Below are positions 60,584 through 64,000 of a stretch of 64,000 nt of DNA, piece after piece (position 1 is the first letter of the stretch; each line of letters opens with the position of its first letter). A program made the translations under genes and the position numbers. Source of the DNA: Balanoglossus misakiensis (Eukaryota; Animalia; Hemichordata); the NCBI GenBank assembly GCA_040954595.2, contig CM082598.2, forward strand, positions 3,293,154 to 3,357,153, in the 5' to 3' direction. Under the pieces are notes generated by a model. It ran no database searches, was not told where the DNA came from, and saw nothing but the letters and a program-made list of their open reading frames with translations.

Positions 60584-63500
60584 CTAAGTAAAGCAGGTTT
60601 ATTGTCTAGCTTCGCATGGACAGGCTTCTCATCCCAGTAATTGCATGACCATCATCACCGAGATTCCCCGGCTGACATAAAAATCGGCTCGGTGTAAACT
60701 CAGCATGTCCGGGTGATCAAGCATATAGGCTTATGTATTCCCTGTTGAATACAGCTGCACCAGTAACATACCTCAATGTGTCACTTCAAATCAGACAGTC
60801 CCCGGTGTCACGTGTCGTCCGCAAGTCACTTCAGATATCGGGACACTGACTCTGTGTCGCACTCCAATTAAACTCATTAATTTTTTGACAGAACAGGAAT
60901 GCACCAGTACACCTCAGTCTAATGCACGTGTGCAGAGCAATGTCCTAAAATGTGCGAGTTTCGTCAAAACCTACTTCCTATCTTATCTGACAGCTATGAT
61001 GTTAATTTCTGTGATTGGAGTGTTTCCCCAGTAACACTTGATAAAGTACGCCCCTAAGGTATTAGAAATGCTGCCGATCGACGCTGCTTGGAAAAAAATA
61101 TAATGACTCATCCACATCTCATATTCTGAACCAGGTCACCTCGTTGCTTAATTGCATGATGTGATTAAAAGAAGAGTGTGTGCGTGTGTCCTGCTTCCAC
61201 GAGCTCTTCCTGGCAACAGCAGTCGTTCATCCGTGACGGCAAACACGGAAATCCACAAGCAGTCTCCTCAGTCCCCGCTGTATCACTACGCAGTGTTTCC
61301 CAAACACAGCTCTACGAGTTCGATGGTAGGTAGTCGCACACACACACCGACCGTCAAAATGTCGTCGTGGCAACAGGGCAGTCCGATGAGCTAGCCAGTT
61401 GACTGTCTAACGGAACTTGAATTTTCTGCGCACTACAGATTACAAACCGTTCTGCGAACTAAATCACCTAAGCTGTGGATGTCATTGGTTAAGGAACTCA
61501 GCTTTTTCAGCAACCAGTAAAAATGAACACTGCACTTCTCTTAAGAGATCAAGGTCATCCCTTTAAATAGGCACTGTGGGTCTATTCAAGGCTTGACAAT
61601 GCTGGAACTTTAAATGGTCTGTTGACTAAATAACATGTATTGCCTTCATATAATACAAATAGGTGTTTCATTTCTATCTATGGCTACACCATATGGCAGC
61701 TATAGTCCTAGTTTGACCACAATATTCAAAAAACGTACAAATTTATCACCGAGTTGTTGAAATTTGACAGGTTTCATTTTTTTCCAAAATTAACGAGATG
61801 ATCACTACAATAGGTCCATTGAGAAAACACTTGGCTTTAATAGTCCCTGGAATGCATGTTTGTCTCCCACAATATTTCAAATGGCAGTAATTAAATGATG
61901 CCACAAGTTTAGTGGTAATTAAATGATTCAGGAATTTAATGTAAAAAACGAAAAGAATATATTCATTTTCACACAACGATAAATGGCAGAAAATTGTAGG
62001 TGATACTATTTTTAGATGTGATAAACAGAGGGTAACACTTTTTATTACAAGCTTCGATGTTTATGCAAACTATACTTGTTATATTTACAGTATTTATTGT
62101 TACTCAATTAACAACAGGGAATTCTGTTGTTCAGGGAAGTTCAGACCGGTTACCACACTTGAAACATCAAAGCTATATTTAGAAGAGCAAGTCATGGTGA
62201 AAAAAACACCTTTGTTGAAACGTAATTAATAGGATTGGGGATTATTCACGTTCAACAATTCCACACAGGGCTGTCCATTTTCCTTCGTAATTGCCCTTGT
62301 CTTGTCAATAGACCCTCTGTAGCATAAAATATGGATCACGCGAACGCAAGTAAAATATTCTATGCATGAAAGAGTTTGCATAACCCCTGAAGCAATTCAA
62401 CGACATAGTTTCTCAGTATGCACGCTCAGGCTTAACAGTGTATGCATAATAGTAATTAATAATGCTGCATTAAAGATTCAGGATTAAACTCGTAAAATTG
62501 AAAATTACATGACATGACATGTATCATTTTTTAATTCACTGGGCACAACGCCAGGTCAAAACCACATGCTAATGTATTAACGTCAAAGTAGTCAGGTGCA
62601 TCACATGGAGCAGGGTTTGTTCATTATTTTCCAACACCTGACATGATATTTTCTATCATGGACTTCACCATGTATCCTGTCTTTTGTTGAGTACTGTATG
62701 TTTGTTTTGTTTTGACACTGCTACTTGAGTTGGTTAACTATTATGACAGTACATGTACAATTTTTGAGAACATGGACAGATGTATAACCATTTATTTTAT
62801 TCCTGGAAAGCACTACCACACTCTAGGTGGCCACAAGTAATTTATTTCAAACACAAAATTGGATTTCATCAATAATTTGTATTTAAACTGGATCTGTAAG
62901 CTAGTATGTTAAAAATAACTATTTTGAATCTCCGAGACGTTTCTGTGGCATTAACTTTAATTCACTGTACATTGAATAGCACACGTACACTACCTTACAC
63001 TACTGCTGTACAATTCTTTTCCTGAAAAAAGTCATTCTCAATACGATCAGTACAACTATTACGACCAAATGCAATCATTCCCAGGGCAATAACATCCATA
63101 AATGTTCCTCTGAAAGAAAGATGACAAATTGAACAACACCAAATTGCGACAATGGTGCAAACTGGCTGAGAGAGAAATGCGCTCAGTGTCCATCAAATAA
63201 AACTTGACAGTTGCATTCACAAAACCCTGTTGACCCTTTTAAGCTACGCATATTACGAGTAATGGTCTCCGTCTATCTGGACTATATCCAGTTTCCTTTC
63301 TGTATCTCCGCAAAATCAACACTGATCGAACATTAGTATTGAGTAATCTGAGCCGAAGGTAAAATCCAATCTTGTTATCGTGACTGACATCAAAGATCTG
63401 GGATCCACACAGGGTATTTTTGTTCATCAGTGTGTTTGTACAACAATATACTGAGGAGATTCCCATGAAACGCAAGTATCTGATGAATCGTTAGGTTAAT

Positions 63501-64000
63501 GATTTCTGTTCATTAAGGATGGTCACGACATGCAGATGCATAAGTGGTACACCTGTCAGTGTATGTGAGTTCAGGTGTAGGCCCCGACACACCTGTGTAC
63601 ATGGATGGGCAGTGATGATTGAAAATGTTCATAAACCTCACATGGATTCATGCTAATTTGTCCACAAAAGAGGCTCAGTACAACATACATGAAATTATAC
63701 GCAAAGGAATTCTGCGATAAAATTATTCCCTATCTTTAAAATTCACCTGTCATTCTTGAGGAGAGACTATGATTACTGTTAGCCATATCTCTAAACAACC
63801 CACAGAAGGCATAACGTTATTGCACATTTGCGTCACCAAGCAGCCATACAGTGCAAAATCTGCAAAGCTAACAACACCCTCTGTCCTCATCACGAAAATT
63901 GCTTCTTGTAAAAATCACCTCGCTACATCACTGAACAAACACACAGGTTTCTAGACTAACCCAAGATTACGGAGCAATGTCTAGACTCTTACGACTAATC

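Overview
Eukaryotic (animal, probably marine invertebrate) genomic DNA with short spliceosomal introns; nothing prokaryotic and no CRISPR. Gene order: 3' end of a disordered protein gene (+); a divergent 3-exon TGF-beta-superfamily-like gene (-); KIFAP3/KAP3 (-, ~18 exons, one U12-type AT-AC intron), head-to-head with NTMT1 (+); an intronless ZDHHC24-like palmitoyltransferase (+); a CIZ1/Pep-like matrin-type zinc-finger gene (-); two tandem paralogous small secreted prepropeptide genes (+) that the ORF track largely misses; a secreted type-B carboxylesterase (+); and a type IV diacylglycerol kinase zeta/iota (-). Interspersed are MITEs, a LINE fragment, and mini- and microsatellites. The best leads are the peptide-precursor pair (conserved signal and acidic follower around a completely different hydrophobic core) and the TGF-beta-like ligand, which has lost one whole cystine-knot disulfide pair. 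Exon boundaries were read by eye, and family assignments come from recalled motifs rather than database searches.
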